A stretch of DNA of 64,000 nt, taken from the NCBI GenBank assembly GCA_963714895.1, contig CAVQQC010000016.1, positions 106,133 through 170,132 of the forward strand, read 5' to 3'. Below the pieces are notes generated by a model. It did no database searches and was not told the origin of the DNA. It was given only the letters and a program-made list of their open reading frames with translations. The number at the start of each line of letters is the position of its first letter. Positions within the stretch are counted from its first letter, which is position 1. Source of the DNA: Candidatus Sulfomarinibacteraceae bacterium. Its GTDB lineage: Bacteria > Acidobacteriota > Thermoanaerobaculia > Thermoanaerobaculales > Sulfomarinibacteraceae. The position numbers and the translations under genes were made by a program. Shown one piece after another: positions 1 to 9,975 of the stretch.

Positions 1-393
1 GAGCACCAGGCAGGGCCCGCCGTGCTCCGCGTAGGCGGCCACTGCATCACACAGGCGGTCTGCGCCGAGTTCCTGGGGCGCGTCCACCAACAGCGGCATT
101 CCGGTCTCGATGCCCGGCTCGACAAAGAACGGCTTGCGGTCGAGGTAGCGCCGCACCCCTTCGTCGAGCCTCGGGTCGATCGGCGGCACCACGGACGAAA
201 TCGCGACCGCCGCCAGGTCTTCCGGATTCACCTTTTCCCAGCGCAAGAGCTGGTGCAGCCACATCCCGACCTCGTCCGCAGTGCGTTCGGCGTGGGTTGT
301 CAGCCGCCAGTGGGTGCGCAGATGGTCTCCGTCCAATAAACCGACAACGGTGTTGGTGTTACCGACATCCAGTGCCAACAGTAGTTCGCCCAT
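1..393 (-). CDS. coaX: Type III pantothenate kinase, 3' part outside window
   Basis: Own translation of the minus strand from ATG 393: MGELLLALDVGNTNTVVG...AISSVVP...ELGADRLCDAVAA...GPCLVL. DxGNT and LGADR are CoaX signature motifs. Not in the ORF track because it runs off the window edge. Confidence 0.93.
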   Translation of the reverse strand, partial: MGELLLALDVGNTNTVVGLLDGDHLRTHWRLTTHAERTADEVGMWLHQLLRWEKVNPEDLAAVAISSVVPPIDPRLDEGVRRYLDRKPFFVEPGIETGMPLLVDAPQELGADRLCDAVAAYAEHGGPCLVL

Positions 394-624
394 TCAGCCT
401 CCGGTAGGGCAACGTTACAGTCCCCGCGTGGGGCTGTCTACTGGGGCAGAACTGACGGCGCGGAAACGGGGAGCTGCAGAACCCAAATGCGTCCGGGCCG
501 TAGTATGATCTGCGAACCGCGAACGAAGTCCGGGAGCGCCTGTGAATCTGCATCGACAACAAACTGGGGCCATCCCCACCGGAAACGTAAACCCAATCGA
601 CACCAACACGGAAGGAGCGAAGCA

Positions 625-2403
625 ATGAGTCTTCGGCGTCATCTGACAGTCGCCGGACTGGCGGTGGTGGTGCTCTCGAGCACACTGACCATTTCAGCCC
701 AGGAGGCCAAGGTACCCGTCCAGGAGGTTTTTCTGGACAACGGCATGAAGCTTCTGATGGTCGAACGCCACGACAGCCCGACCGTCTCGGCGGGCTGGGT
801 GACCCACGTCGGCTCGGTCAACGAGGAGGTCGGCGCCACCGGGATCGCCCACCTCTTCGAACACATGATGTTCAAGGGCAGCCCGACGATCGGCACCTCG
901 GACTACGAGCAGGAAGCCGCGATCATGGCGCAGCTCGACGAGCTCCGCATCGAGATGGAGGCCGAGTACGAGGTCATGCGCGAGGTGAAACGCGGCGGTG
1001 AGATCGAGGGCAGCATCTACCTGCCGGAGAACCAGACCGAGAAACTGGCCGAGCTTCGCGCGAAGATGAAGGAGTTCCAGGCACAACAGAAGGAATTCAT
1101 CGTCAAGGACGAGTTCGACCAGATCTACACCGAGGCCGGGCGCCTCCGGCCTGAACGCCGGCACGAGCGAGGACTTCACCATCTACTTCATCACCGTCCC
1201 GGCCAACAAGCTCGAGCTGTGGTTCTGGATGGAGTCCGAACGACTGCTCAACGCGGTCTTCCGCGAGTTCTACACCGAGCGCGACGTGGTGCGCGAGGAG
1301 CGCCGCATGCGGACCGAGTCGGACCCGACCGCCAAGTTCGAGGAGCAGTTCGACTTGATGTTCTGGGGCTCCGTCCCCTACCACCACCCGGTCGTCGGCT
1401 GGCCGTCCGATGTCGAGTCCATCACCCGCGACCAGGCCGTCGAGTTCTTCGCCACCTACTACGCGCCCAACAACATCACGCCGCTCTGGTCGGCGATTTC
1501 GACCCTGCGCGAGGCGCTCGCACTCGCCAAGAAGTACTTCGGTCGCATCCCGCGCGGCGAGACGGCGCCGCCGCGAGGTGGTCACCGAAGAGATCGAGCA
1601 GACTCGCCGAAGCGGCGCATGATCGCCGAGGCCGACACCAACCCCTCGGTCCAGGTCCGTTGGCACACCGTGCCGTTCGCCCACAACGACTATCTACGCC
1701 CTCGAGGTCATGTGGACTCGTCCTCAGCGACCGCACCGGCCGCCTCTACAAGAGCCTGGTCGAGGACAAACAGATCGCGACCGGCGAGCCCTATTCGAGC
1801 CACAACTCGCTCAAGTACGAGGGTTACTTCGAGGTCGGCGCCGAGCTCGCGGACGGGGTGCGACCACAAGCTGGTGGAGGAGGCCCTGATCTTCGAGATC
1901 GAGCGCCTCAAGGAACGAACCGGTCGGCGAACGCGAGCTGCAGAAGGTCAAGAACCAGGTCGCTGGCCGATTCCTACCGGCGTCTGCAGTCCAACTTCTT
2001 CCTGCTGCTGCAGCTCCTCCTCTACGACGTGTGGGACGACTGGAGCTTCCTCAACGATTCTTCGGCCCGAATCGAGGCGGTGACGGCCGAAGACGTCCAG
2101 CGGGTCGCCAACGCCTACTTCACGGACGAGGGCCGGAACGCGCTCTGGTACCTCCGCAAGGAAGGCACCGAGGAGGACCCCGAGCTGGCGGCCCTTTCAG
2201 CGCAGGGCAAGGCGATGGCCAAGCAGGCGCTGGCGCAGATCAACCAGGTGACCGAGCCGGCCGAACTCGAACAGGGGCTGGCGCAGATGCAGACGATGGC
2301 CGCGCCAGGCGCCGCCGGAGTACAAGCCGGCGATCGACCTTGTGATTCAAAAAGCCACCGAACGCCTCGAAGCCTCAAGGCGTCGGCCGGAGAGGGGGAG
2401 TGA
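625..2403 (+). CDS. M16 family zinc peptidase (catalytic subunit), secreted; several frameshifts
   Basis: RBS GAAGGAG before ATG 625, signal peptide, LDNGMKLL...GSVNE...GIAHLFEHMMFKG (inverted HxxEH). The protein continues across ORFs 487..2403 and 1229..2083 (ERDVVREERR, YYAPNN). Confidence 0.85.
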   Translation: MSLRRHLTVAGLAVVVLSSTLTISAQEAKVPVQEVFLDNGMKLLMVERHDSPTVSAGWVTHVGSVNEEVGATGIAHLFEHMMFKGSPTIGTSDYEQEAAIMAQLDELRIEMEAEYEVMREVKRGGEIEGSIYLPENQTEKLAELRAKMKEFQAQQKEFIVKDEFDQIYTEAGRLRPERRHERGLHHLLHHRPGQQARAVVLDGVRTTAQRGLPRVLHRARRGARGAPHADRVGPDRQVRGAVRLDVLGLRPLPPPGRRLAVRCRVHHPRPGRRVLRHLLRAQQHHAALVGDFDPARGARTRQEVLRSHPARRDGAAARWSPKRSSRLAEAAHDRRGRHQPLGPGPLAHRAVRPQRLSTPSRSCGLVLSDRTGRLYKSLVEDKQIATGEPYSSHNSLKYEGYFEVGAELADGVRPQAGGGGPDLRDRAPQGTNRSANASCRRSRTRSLADSYRRLQSNFFLLLQLLLYDVWDDWSFLNDSSARIEAVTAEDVQRVANAYFTDEGRNALWYLRKEGTEEDPELAALSAQGKAMAKQALAQINQVTEPAELEQGLAQMQTMAAPGAAGVQAGDRPCDSKSHRTPRSLKASAGEGE

Positions 2404-2404
2404 C

Positions 2405-3892
2405 ATGCGCAACGCTTGATTTGTTCCACCGCCACGTTGGCCCTGATCGTCGCCGCGGCGACAGTCTCGCCGCAGATATCCCGGACCGCCCCGAGAAACT
2501 CGCCTATCCGGACCTCACCTTCGACGTGCCGGACGCCGACGCCCTGCGCTTCGAACTGACCGACGGCACCCCCGTCTACGCCAAACAGGACAGCCAGTTC
2601 CCGCTGGTCAACATCACGGTCTACTTCCGTGGTGGCCGCTATCTCGAACCCGAAGGCAAGGCCGGTCTGGCCGCCATCACCGGTGACGCCTGGCGCACCG
2701 GCGGCGCCGGCGAACGAACCGCCCAGGAACTCGACGAGGAGCTCGACTTTCTCGCCGCCAACCTCGGCACCAACATCGGCGACGTCACCGGTTCGGTGAG
2801 TCTCAACGTGCTGTCCAAGGACCTCGACGCGGCCATGGCGCTCCTCATGGACGTCGCTCACCGCGCCGCGCTTCCAGGAGGACCGCTTCGCCAAGGCCAA
2901 GGACGACCTGCTGCAGGCGATGAAGCAGCGCAACGACGACACCGCCGACATCGAGGCCCGGGAGTGGAACCGCCTCATCTACGGCGACGACTACTGGATG
3001 AACCGCCTCGCGACCAGGCGTCGGTCGACGCGATCACCGCCGCCGACTGCAAGGCCTTTGTCGAAGCTCCTGGTGCGTTCGGGCAACTCGTGGTCGCGGT
3101 GGCCGGCGACTTCACCGCAGACCGAGATGGACGCCCTGCTCAACACGCACCATCGGCTCCCTGCGAAGCTCGAAGCAGCCACTGCCGGAGATCCCGCAGC
3201 CCGAGCCACGACGCCGGCAACCGGGCGTCTACGTCGTCAACAAGCCCGACGTCAACCAGGGTCGGGTGCGCATCGGCCAGCTCGGCTCAGGCTCGGCCAC
3301 CCGGACGAGTTCGCGCTGATGGTCGGCAACGACATCCTCGGCGGCGGCGGCTTCACGGCCCGCATGATGAAGCGATCCGCTCGGACGAGGGCCTCGCCTA
3401 CAGCGCCTACTCGCGACCTCGGCATTCCCGGTGACCATCCCGGGGACATTCCGGCGTACTTCCAGACCAAGTCCTCGACCTGCGCCTACGCCGCCGAGCT
3501 CTTCTTCGACCTGATCAAGAGCGATGCGGACCGCGCCGGCCACCGACGAGGAGCTGAGCACCGCCAAGAGCTCGTTCATCGAGACCTTCCCGCGCACGTT
3601 CGAGTCCGCGGGCCAGACGGTCGGCCTCTATCGCCACCGACGAGCTGCTCGGCCGGCCCCACGACTACTGGACCGACGTACCGCGACAACGTGCGCGGCG
3701 GTCACCGCCGACGAGATCCAGAAGGCGATGACAGACAGACCTCGACCCCGACAAGATGATCGTGCTGGTCGTCGGCAACATCGAGGAGATCATGAAGGGC
3801 CACCCCGAGCACGATGCGAAACTCACCGACTTCGGGAGATCACGGAACTGCCGCTGCGCGACCCGATGACGCTCGAGCCGATCGCAAAGTAA
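2405..3892 (+). CDS. M16 family peptidase-like partner subunit; multiple frameshifts
   Basis: Fragments in ORFs 2400..3434, 2920..3759 and 3524..3892 (ELDEELDFLAA, NDILGGGGFTARMM, IRSDEGLAYSAYS). No HxxEH seen, as is typical of the second gene of M16B pairs. Confidence 0.8.
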
Positions 3893-3913
3893 CCTCGATC
3901 GTATCTAACAATC

Positions 3914-3946
3914 AAACGCCCGGGCTTCGGCCCGGGCGTTTCATTT
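3914..3946 (+). terminator. Rho-independent terminator
   Basis: AAACGCCCGGGC-TTCG-GCCCGGGCGTTT followed by CATTT, just after the M16 stop. Confidence 0.8.
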
Positions 3947-4107
3947 CGGATTTCGGATTTCGGATTTCGGATTTTTCGGACGCTCTGCCCGGAGGCCTTC
4001 TGCATCGGAAATGTCGGAAATCGGAAAAGACCGGCCAGTGGAAACCCCGATTTCACCCCGGGAGGTGCGCTGGAAATCCGAAATTCGAAATCCGAAATCC
4101 GAAATCT
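3943..4107. repeat. Inverted pair of heptamer tandem arrays
   Basis: (ATTTCGG)x4 at 3943-3970 and complementary (GAAATCC/GAAATTC) about x5 at 4073-4107. Confidence 0.85.
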
Positions 4108-4155
4108 TCATTTGGTGCTACCGTGTGGCCCGCCGCAAGTGCGGCTGGAGGTTTC

Positions 4156-5932
4156 GTGTTTCGAATCCGCAGAGTCTACGACAACATCTTCGCCCACGAC
4201 CGGGCCGCCATCGAGCAGGTGCAGGCGATCCTGGTCGACCGTTTCCCGGGTCTCGACCCCAAAGACGTCGAAAGCCTGGCGGACAAGCTCAGATCACCGG
4301 TGCGGCACGGTTTCCGGGCAATCCTCTACGTCGCCGAATCGCAGCGCCAAATGGTCAAGGCCTTTGCCGTCATCCACCACGAAACGGAGGTCGGCTTCGT
4401 GTGGCTGGATTTCATCGCCACCCGATCGGGCACCGCCGGCAGCGGTCTCGGCGGCACCCTGTACGAGCGGGTGCGGAGGGACGCCCTGGCGGTGGGCGCG
4501 TGGGGGGTCCTCTTCGAGTGTCTGCCCGACGACCCGGCGCTTTGCCCCGACCCCGCCAAGCGGCGGCAGAACGCTGCCCGTCTGCGTTTCTACGAGGGTT
4601 ACGGCGCCCGCCCGGTCGTCGGGACCGGATATGAAACCCCGCTGAGCCCGGACGACGAGGAGCCTCCCTACCTCGTGGTGGACGACCTCGGCACCGGCAA
4701 GGCACCGGGACGCAAGGCCATGCGCGCGGCGGTAAGGGCGATCCTCGAACGCAAGTACAAGACCCTGTGTCCCCCGGACTACGTGGATAGCGTCGTGGCC
4801 TCGATCCGCGATAACCCGGTCCAGCTGCGGCCGTTCAAATACCTCAGCGAACCGGCACGCGTCGAGGCGGATCGCCCGCCCGTCCCCCCTCCGGACCGGC
4901 GAATCGCCCTGGTGGTCAACGACCGCCACCTCATCCACCACGTGCGGGAGCAGGGCTATGTGGAGTCGCCGGTTCGGATCAAGGCCATCCGGAAGGAGAT
5001 CGACCAGACTTCGTTGTTCGAAGAGATCGCGCCGCGCGAGTTTCCGGATCGGCACCTCCTCGAGGTGCACGATCCGGGCTACGTCAGCTATCTGAAACGG
5101 GTGTGCGAACGGGTCGGCGACGGCAAGGCCGTCTACCCCTACGTCTTTCCTATCCGGAATGCGGCGCGTCCCCCTAAGGAACTCGAGGTCCGGGCCGGCT
5201 ACTACTGCATCGACACCTTCACGCCTCTCAACCGCAACTCGTACCTCGCCGCCCGCCGGGCGGTCGACTGCGTGCTCACCGCAGCCGACGCGCTGACCAA
5301 GGGGCGCCGCCTCGCCTACGCCCTCGTGCAGGCCGCCGGGGCACCACGCCGAACGCCGGTCGTTCGGGGGTTTCTGCTACTTCAGCAACGCGGCCATTGC
5401 CGCCCAGGAACTTTCAAAAACCGCCCGCGTCGCGATCCTCGACCTCGACTACCACCACGGCAACGGCCAGCAGGACATCTTCTGGGAGCGCGGCGATGTC
5501 TTCACGGTGTCGATCCACGGGCACCCGAACTTCGCCTATCCCTACTTCTCTGGTTTCGCGGATGAGCGCGGAGCGGGCGACGGTCGCGGCGCAAATCGCA
5601 ACTACCCACTCGAGGAGCATGTCGACGGTGAGAGGTACCGGCGGGTCCTCGCGAGAGCCCTGCGCAGGATCGAGAACCACGGGACCGAGGTTCTGGTGGT
5701 TGCCCTCGGTCTGGACACCGGTCGCAAGGACCCCACCGGCACATGGGACCTTGTCGCGAAAGACTTCGAGGCCAACGGACGTCTGGTGGGAGGTCTTCAA
5801 CTGCCCACCCTGATCGTCCAGGAGGGCGGATACCGGGTCCGCAGCCTGGGTAGCAATGCCCGGAGTTTTTTCACCGGACTGTGGGAAGGGGCCTTCGGTC
5901 TGGCGGCCCCGGCGCCGGAGCAAAAAAAATAA
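4156..5932 (+). CDS. GNAT acetyltransferase-like domain fused to histone deacetylase/acetylpolyamine amidohydrolase domain; frameshifts near 5330-5345
   Basis: GTG 4156 after GGAGG. N-terminal GNAT (WLDFIA..GSGLGGTLY..RLRFYEGYG). C-terminal HDAC motifs ESPVRI, (RP)PGHHA..GGFCYF, DLDYHHGNGQQ, SIHG, LGLDT, QEGGY are split over frames. Confidence 0.85.
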
Positions 5933-5955
5933 ACCGACATCGAGACCGAAAACAC

Positions 5956-5983
5956 TTGACACAGTTTCAATTGGCGGTACTTT
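5956..5983 (+). promoter_or_regulatory. Sigma70-like promoter for the KamA operon
   Basis: TTGACA (5956-5961), 16-nt spacer, TACTTT (5978-5983). Confidence 0.55.
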
Positions 5984-5989
5984 CGAATT

Positions 5990-6175
5990 GTGAGAGTTGA
6001 TACCACGTCCGACGAGCCCCCAAGTAGGTTCGGGCTGATCTCCGGCAGTCGCCACCGACTCCGGCAGACGGCCCGCCCCCGGCGCCTCCGGCCTCTCACC
6101 CCCCATGGATCAACCAGCAGTTGCCCCATGACCCAGCCATGTCAGTGGCTTCGGGAACCCCACACTCAAGGATAG
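5990..6175 (+). CDS. Possible leaderless upstream ORF (MRVDTTSDEPPSR...), or frameshifted N-terminus of KamA
   Basis: GTG lies 7 nt after the predicted -10. The ORF ends 7 nt before the KamA ATG and is out of frame with it. Confidence 0.35.
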   Translation: MRVDTTSDEPPSRFGLISGSRHRLRQTARPRRLRPLTPHGSTSSCPMTQPCQWLREPHTQG

Positions 6176-6182
6176 ATCGACC

Positions 6183-7472
6183 ATGTCGTCGCGCCCCTTG
6201 GGGCATTCCGCGCGTGTGACGCAATCGTCACTCGTTCAATCGAGCGAGCAGGGTGAAATCTCGCCCATCGCCAAACCCGACCGCAACTTCCAAAGGAGGA
6301 AATCACAGATGCCCAGAAACCGCCGCTCGGCGGCAAGGAAATTTGCGCCCGATCTCCGCCAACGCCTGTGCCAGGTCTTCGGCGAGAGTTACGACCCGGA
6401 AGCCTGGGCCGATTGGCGGTGGCAGCTTCGCCACCGCCTGACCCGCCTCGAACACCTCGAGGCCTACCTCGAACTCACAGAACAGGAAAGGCTCGGCCTC
6501 GCCATGGGCGCCGAGCGATTTGCCGTTTCGGTGACGCCGCACTTCGCGGCGCTGATGGACCCCTTCGACCCGAAATGCCCGATCCGCCGCCAGGTGGTGC
6601 CCACCTCGGAAGAGTTCGTCGTCAGCGCCGGCGACATGGAGGACCCCTGCGGCGAAGACCACGCATCCGCGGTCGAGGGCCTGGTTCACCGCTACCCGGA
6701 CCGGGTGCTGCTGCTCGCCCTCGACACCTGCGCAGCCTATTGCCGCTACTGCACGCGCTCGCGGCTGGTCAGCCAGGGCGCCCTCGACCCGCTGCCTCGC
6801 CGGATGGACGCAATTCTCGAATATCTGCGCGCCCACACTGAAGTGAGGGACGTGCTGCTGTCGGGCGGCGACCCGCTGATGATGTCGGACGATCGTCTCG
6901 ACGCCCTCCTGGGCTCGATTCGTGAGATCGAGCACATCGAGTTCGTGCGCATCGGCAGCCGCGTTCCCTGCTTCGTTCCGCAGCGCATCACGCCCGAACT
7001 TGCCGCCGTGCTGCGGCGTCACAGGGTGTGGCTGTCGCTGCACTTCTCTCACCCCTCCGAGCTGACTCCCGAAGTCGAGACGGCGTGCGACATCCTGGCC
7101 GACGCGGGAATTCCTCTCGGCAGCCAGACCGTGCTCCTGCGCGGCGTCAACGACGACGACGCGACCCTGAAGGAGTTGTTCCACGGTCTGCTGAGAAACC
7201 GGGTCCGCCCCTACTACCTCTATCAGGCCGACCCGGTCGTGGGCACCGCCCATCTGCGGACCTCGATCACCAAAGGCATCGAAATCATGAGCAAGCTGCG
7301 GGGCCACACCAGCGGCTACGCCGTCCCGACCTACGTCGTCGACGCCCCGGGCGGCGGCGGCAAGATTCCTGTGCAGCCGGAGACGGTCGTCGACCACGAC
7401 GGCGGGGTCTGGCGCCTCAAAAACTGGGCGGGCGAGATCTACACCTATATCGACCCGCAGGAAGCGAGCTGA
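6183..7472 (+). CDS. KamA family radical SAM aminomutase (lysine 2,3-aminomutase-like)
   Basis: HRYPDRVLL, CAAYCRYC (CxxxCxxC), SGGDPL, QTVLLRGVND, DAPGGGGKIP (PLP lysine). Start may be 6309. Confidence 0.93.
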   Translation: MSSRPLGHSARVTQSSLVQSSEQGEISPIAKPDRNFQRRKSQMPRNRRSAARKFAPDLRQRLCQVFGESYDPEAWADWRWQLRHRLTRLEHLEAYLELTEQERLGLAMGAERFAVSVTPHFAALMDPFDPKCPIRRQVVPTSEEFVVSAGDMEDPCGEDHASAVEGLVHRYPDRVLLLALDTCAAYCRYCTRSRLVSQGALDPLPRRMDAILEYLRAHTEVRDVLLSGGDPLMMSDDRLDALLGSIREIEHIEFVRIGSRVPCFVPQRITPELAAVLRRHRVWLSLHFSHPSELTPEVETACDILADAGIPLGSQTVLLRGVNDDDATLKELFHGLLRNRVRPYYLYQADPVVGTAHLRTSITKGIEIMSKLRGHTSGYAVPTYVVDAPGGGGKIPVQPETVVDHDGGVWRLKNWAGEIYTYIDPQEAS

Positions 7473-7475
7473 CCG

Positions 7476-8552
7476 ATGAAACTCAGAATTGCGCTCTGTT
7501 ACGACAGCAAGGAAGAGTACCTCGCAGCCGGCCACAGCAAGCTCGAAGTGGCCGAGTTTGACGACGAGGGGGTCATCAGCGGGCTCGAGGAAACCCTCTC
7601 CGGTCTCGGCCACCGGGTCGAACGGGTCGGCCGCGGGCGGGCCCTTGCCGCACGGCTGGTCGCCGGCGACCGTTGGGACCTCGTCTTCAACGTCACCGAA
7701 GGTCTCCGCGGCCGCGCCCGCGAGGCCCAGGTGCCGGCCCTGTGCGAACTCTTCGATCAGCCCTACACATTCTCCGATCCGGTGACCTGCGGTCTTACCC
7801 TCGACAAATCGTTGGCCAAACGCATCGTGCGCGACAAGGGGCTGCCGACGCCCGGCTTCATCGTGGTGCGGTCCCTGAGCGACATCGATTCGAGGATCAA
7901 CGGGAGCCCGATGTTCGTCAAACCGCTTGCCGAAGGCAGCTCGAAAGGCGTCGGCGCCTACTCCATCGTTTCGAACCGGAAAGAGCTCGTGAAGACCTGC
8001 ACCCGCCTGCTCCCCGACTTCCCGACCGGTCTGCTGGTCGAGGAACTCCTGCCCGGCCGTGAGGTCACGGTCGGGGTGATCGGCAACGGTGCCAACGCCC
8101 GCGTCGTCGCCGTCATGGAAGTGGTCTGGACCGATCGCTCAGAGGTCGAGGCCTACACCCAGCTCAACAAGGACGAATATCTCGACCGGATGGAGTACCG
8201 CCTGGTCACCGGCGAGCCGCTGGCCGATCAGGCGGCGGAGCTCGCAATGGCGGTCGTCGAAGCGTTGGATTGCCGCGACGCAGCTCGCGTCGACATGCGG
8301 TGCGATGCGGCCGGCCGGCTTTCATTCATCGAGGTCAACCCGCTGCCGGGTCTCCACCCGGTGCGCTCCGACCTGCCGATCATGGCCCGCATGGCGGGTC
8401 TCCCCTACGACGAACTCCTCGGCGAGATCGTCACTGCGGCCAAAGAAAGGTACGAATCCGAATCATGTCCGACATCCTTGTTGCCCACAACGCTGTCGCA
8501 GCCGCGGACGACCCGTCGACGCGCGATGTCCTCGCTCAAGTCGGCTTCGTAA
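7476..8552 (+). CDS. D-Ala-D-Ala ligase-like ATP-grasp protein 1
   Basis: VFNVTEG, DKSLAK, FVKPLAEGSSKG, EELLPGREVTVG, RVDMR, IEVNPLPG. Confidence 0.9.
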   Translation: MKLRIALCYDSKEEYLAAGHSKLEVAEFDDEGVISGLEETLSGLGHRVERVGRGRALAARLVAGDRWDLVFNVTEGLRGRAREAQVPALCELFDQPYTFSDPVTCGLTLDKSLAKRIVRDKGLPTPGFIVVRSLSDIDSRINGSPMFVKPLAEGSSKGVGAYSIVSNRKELVKTCTRLLPDFPTGLLVEELLPGREVTVGVIGNGANARVVAVMEVVWTDRSEVEAYTQLNKDEYLDRMEYRLVTGEPLADQAAELAMAVVEALDCRDAARVDMRCDAAGRLSFIEVNPLPGLHPVRSDLPIMARMAGLPYDELLGEIVTAAKERYESESCPTSLLPTTLSQPRTTRRRAMSSLKSAS

Positions 8553-9445
8553 CCGGTGCGCTGGACGTCCTCCGCCTCCCCTACCGCGTGCTGGCGGTCG
8601 GGGACGGAGGTGTCGTTGCTGCTTCGCTCGACGGCTCGGAAACGGTGTTCAACCTCGTCGAGTCCCCTCCGGGGCGCCCGACCTTTCAGGTCGAGGCGGC
8701 CGCTGCATTCGAACGCGCGGGGCTCAAAACCACCGGTTCGTCCGCCGAGGCCATCCGCGCCACCACCGACAAGGAGGCGACCCGGCAGACCCTCGCCCGG
8801 CACGGAGTCGCGGTAGCGCCCGGCGGACTGATCGACCCCGGTCACCCCGACATCCTCGACCGCGTGATGCCGCCGTGGATCCTCAAGCCGTCGCTCGAGG
8901 ACGCCTCGCTCGGCCTCGACACCACGGCCGTCACTTCGGACCGGGCGGAGGCCATCGCGCGCGCCGGCGAGCTCTTGCGCGTCTTCAACGGCCAACCCAT
9001 TCTCATCGAGCACCTGCTCCCGGGACGCGAGTTCAACCTCTCCATCCTCGAGGGAACATCCGGTCCCGAGGTCCTGCCGGCGGCGGAGATGACCTTTGTC
9101 GACTTCCCTCCCGACCGCCCGCGGATCCTCGACTGGGAGGCGAAGTGGGACGAGGGCTCGTTCGCCTATCGCAACACGGTGCGGGTCTTTCTCAACGGCT
9201 CAGAGACGCTCCTCCGACGCCACCTCGAAGAGGTCGCGCGGGTTTCGTGGTCGGCCTGCGGTCTCACCGGTTACGGCCGCGTCGACATCCGGCTCGACGA
9301 GGACGAGGTGCCGCGAGTGCTCGAAATCAACGCCAACCCCTGCATCTCCCCCGACGCGGGATTCGCCGCGGCAGCCGCGAAGGCAGGGATCGAACCCCAT
9401 GAAATCGTGCGGCGGATCCTCGCCGCAGCGGGATGGAAAGAATGA
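8465..9445 (+). CDS. D-Ala-D-Ala ligase-like ATP-grasp protein 2
   Basis: ATG 8465; VFNLVES, ILKPSLEDASLG, GREFN, RVDIRLD, LEINANP. Confidence 0.88.
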   Translation: MSDILVAHNAVAAADDPSTRDVLAQVGFVTGALDVLRLPYRVLAVGDGGVVAASLDGSETVFNLVESPPGRPTFQVEAAAAFERAGLKTTGSSAEAIRATTDKEATRQTLARHGVAVAPGGLIDPGHPDILDRVMPPWILKPSLEDASLGLDTTAVTSDRAEAIARAGELLRVFNGQPILIEHLLPGREFNLSILEGTSGPEVLPAAEMTFVDFPPDRPRILDWEAKWDEGSFAYRNTVRVFLNGSETLLRRHLEEVARVSWSACGLTGYGRVDIRLDEDEVPRVLEINANPCISPDAGFAAAAAKAGIEPHEIVRRILAAAGWKE

Positions 9446-9975
9446 ACACGCTCACCCTGATCTCACCCACGATCGTTCGCCGCGAACTGTCGACGGCGGA
9501 CCGCGACCCGGTTCACCGGCTCCTCAACGCGACCGGTTTCTTCAACCCCGAGGAAGTCGAGGTGGCAATGGAGCTGGTCGACGACCGCATCGCCCTCGGC
9601 GAGGACAGCCACTACCGTTTCTTGGTCGGCGAACACAATGGCGCGGTGGCGGGCTACGCGTGCTGGGGGCCGATCCCCGGAACCGTCGAGTCGGCGGATC
9701 TCTACTGGATCGCCGTCGACCCAGCTCTTCAGGGAATCGGCGTCGGCCGCACCCTGCTGGCGGAAGCCGAGAGCTGGATGGCCGCGTCGGGGAGGCCTCG
9801 CGTCTACCTCGAGACCGCCGGCCGCGCCCAGTACGCACCGACCCGGGCCTTCTACCTGGCCTGCGGCTATCAGGTTGCCGCCGAACTCGAGGACTTCTAC
9901 GCGCCCGGCGATTCCAGGGTGACCTTTCTCAAGATTCTCGACCCGGTGAACGTCACGGATTCTTCGAAGGCTTGA
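9442..9975 (+). CDS. GNAT N-acetyltransferase
   Basis: ATGA overlap with the preceding stop; LYWIAVDPALQGIGVGRTLL, TRAFYLACGY. Confidence 0.9.
   Translation: MNTLTLISPTIVRRELSTADRDPVHRLLNATGFFNPEEVEVAMELVDDRIALGEDSHYRFLVGEHNGAVAGYACWGPIPGTVESADLYWIAVDPALQGIGVGRTLLAEAESWMAASGRPRVYLETAGRAQYAPTRAFYLACGYQVAAELEDFYAPGDSRVTFLKILDPVNVTDSSKA

Noticed and set aside
22-339. Plus-strand 105-aa ORF and the many other long antisense ORFs in the track (e.g. 6303..7613, 24094..25950, 48272..50794)
   Set aside because: Shadow ORFs of high-GC genes on the opposite strand; no motifs or RBS.
625-3892. Dense frameshifts in the M16 pair as programmed frameshifting or pseudogenisation
   Set aside because: Many scattered single-base indels with intact codon bias, also seen in sucD and other genes; best explained by long-read consensus error. 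Raw reads are needed to confirm.
7476-9445. Calling the ATP-grasp genes ddl or a van resistance cluster
   Set aside because: No cell-wall or van context; the divergent paired genes are coupled to KamA and GNAT.
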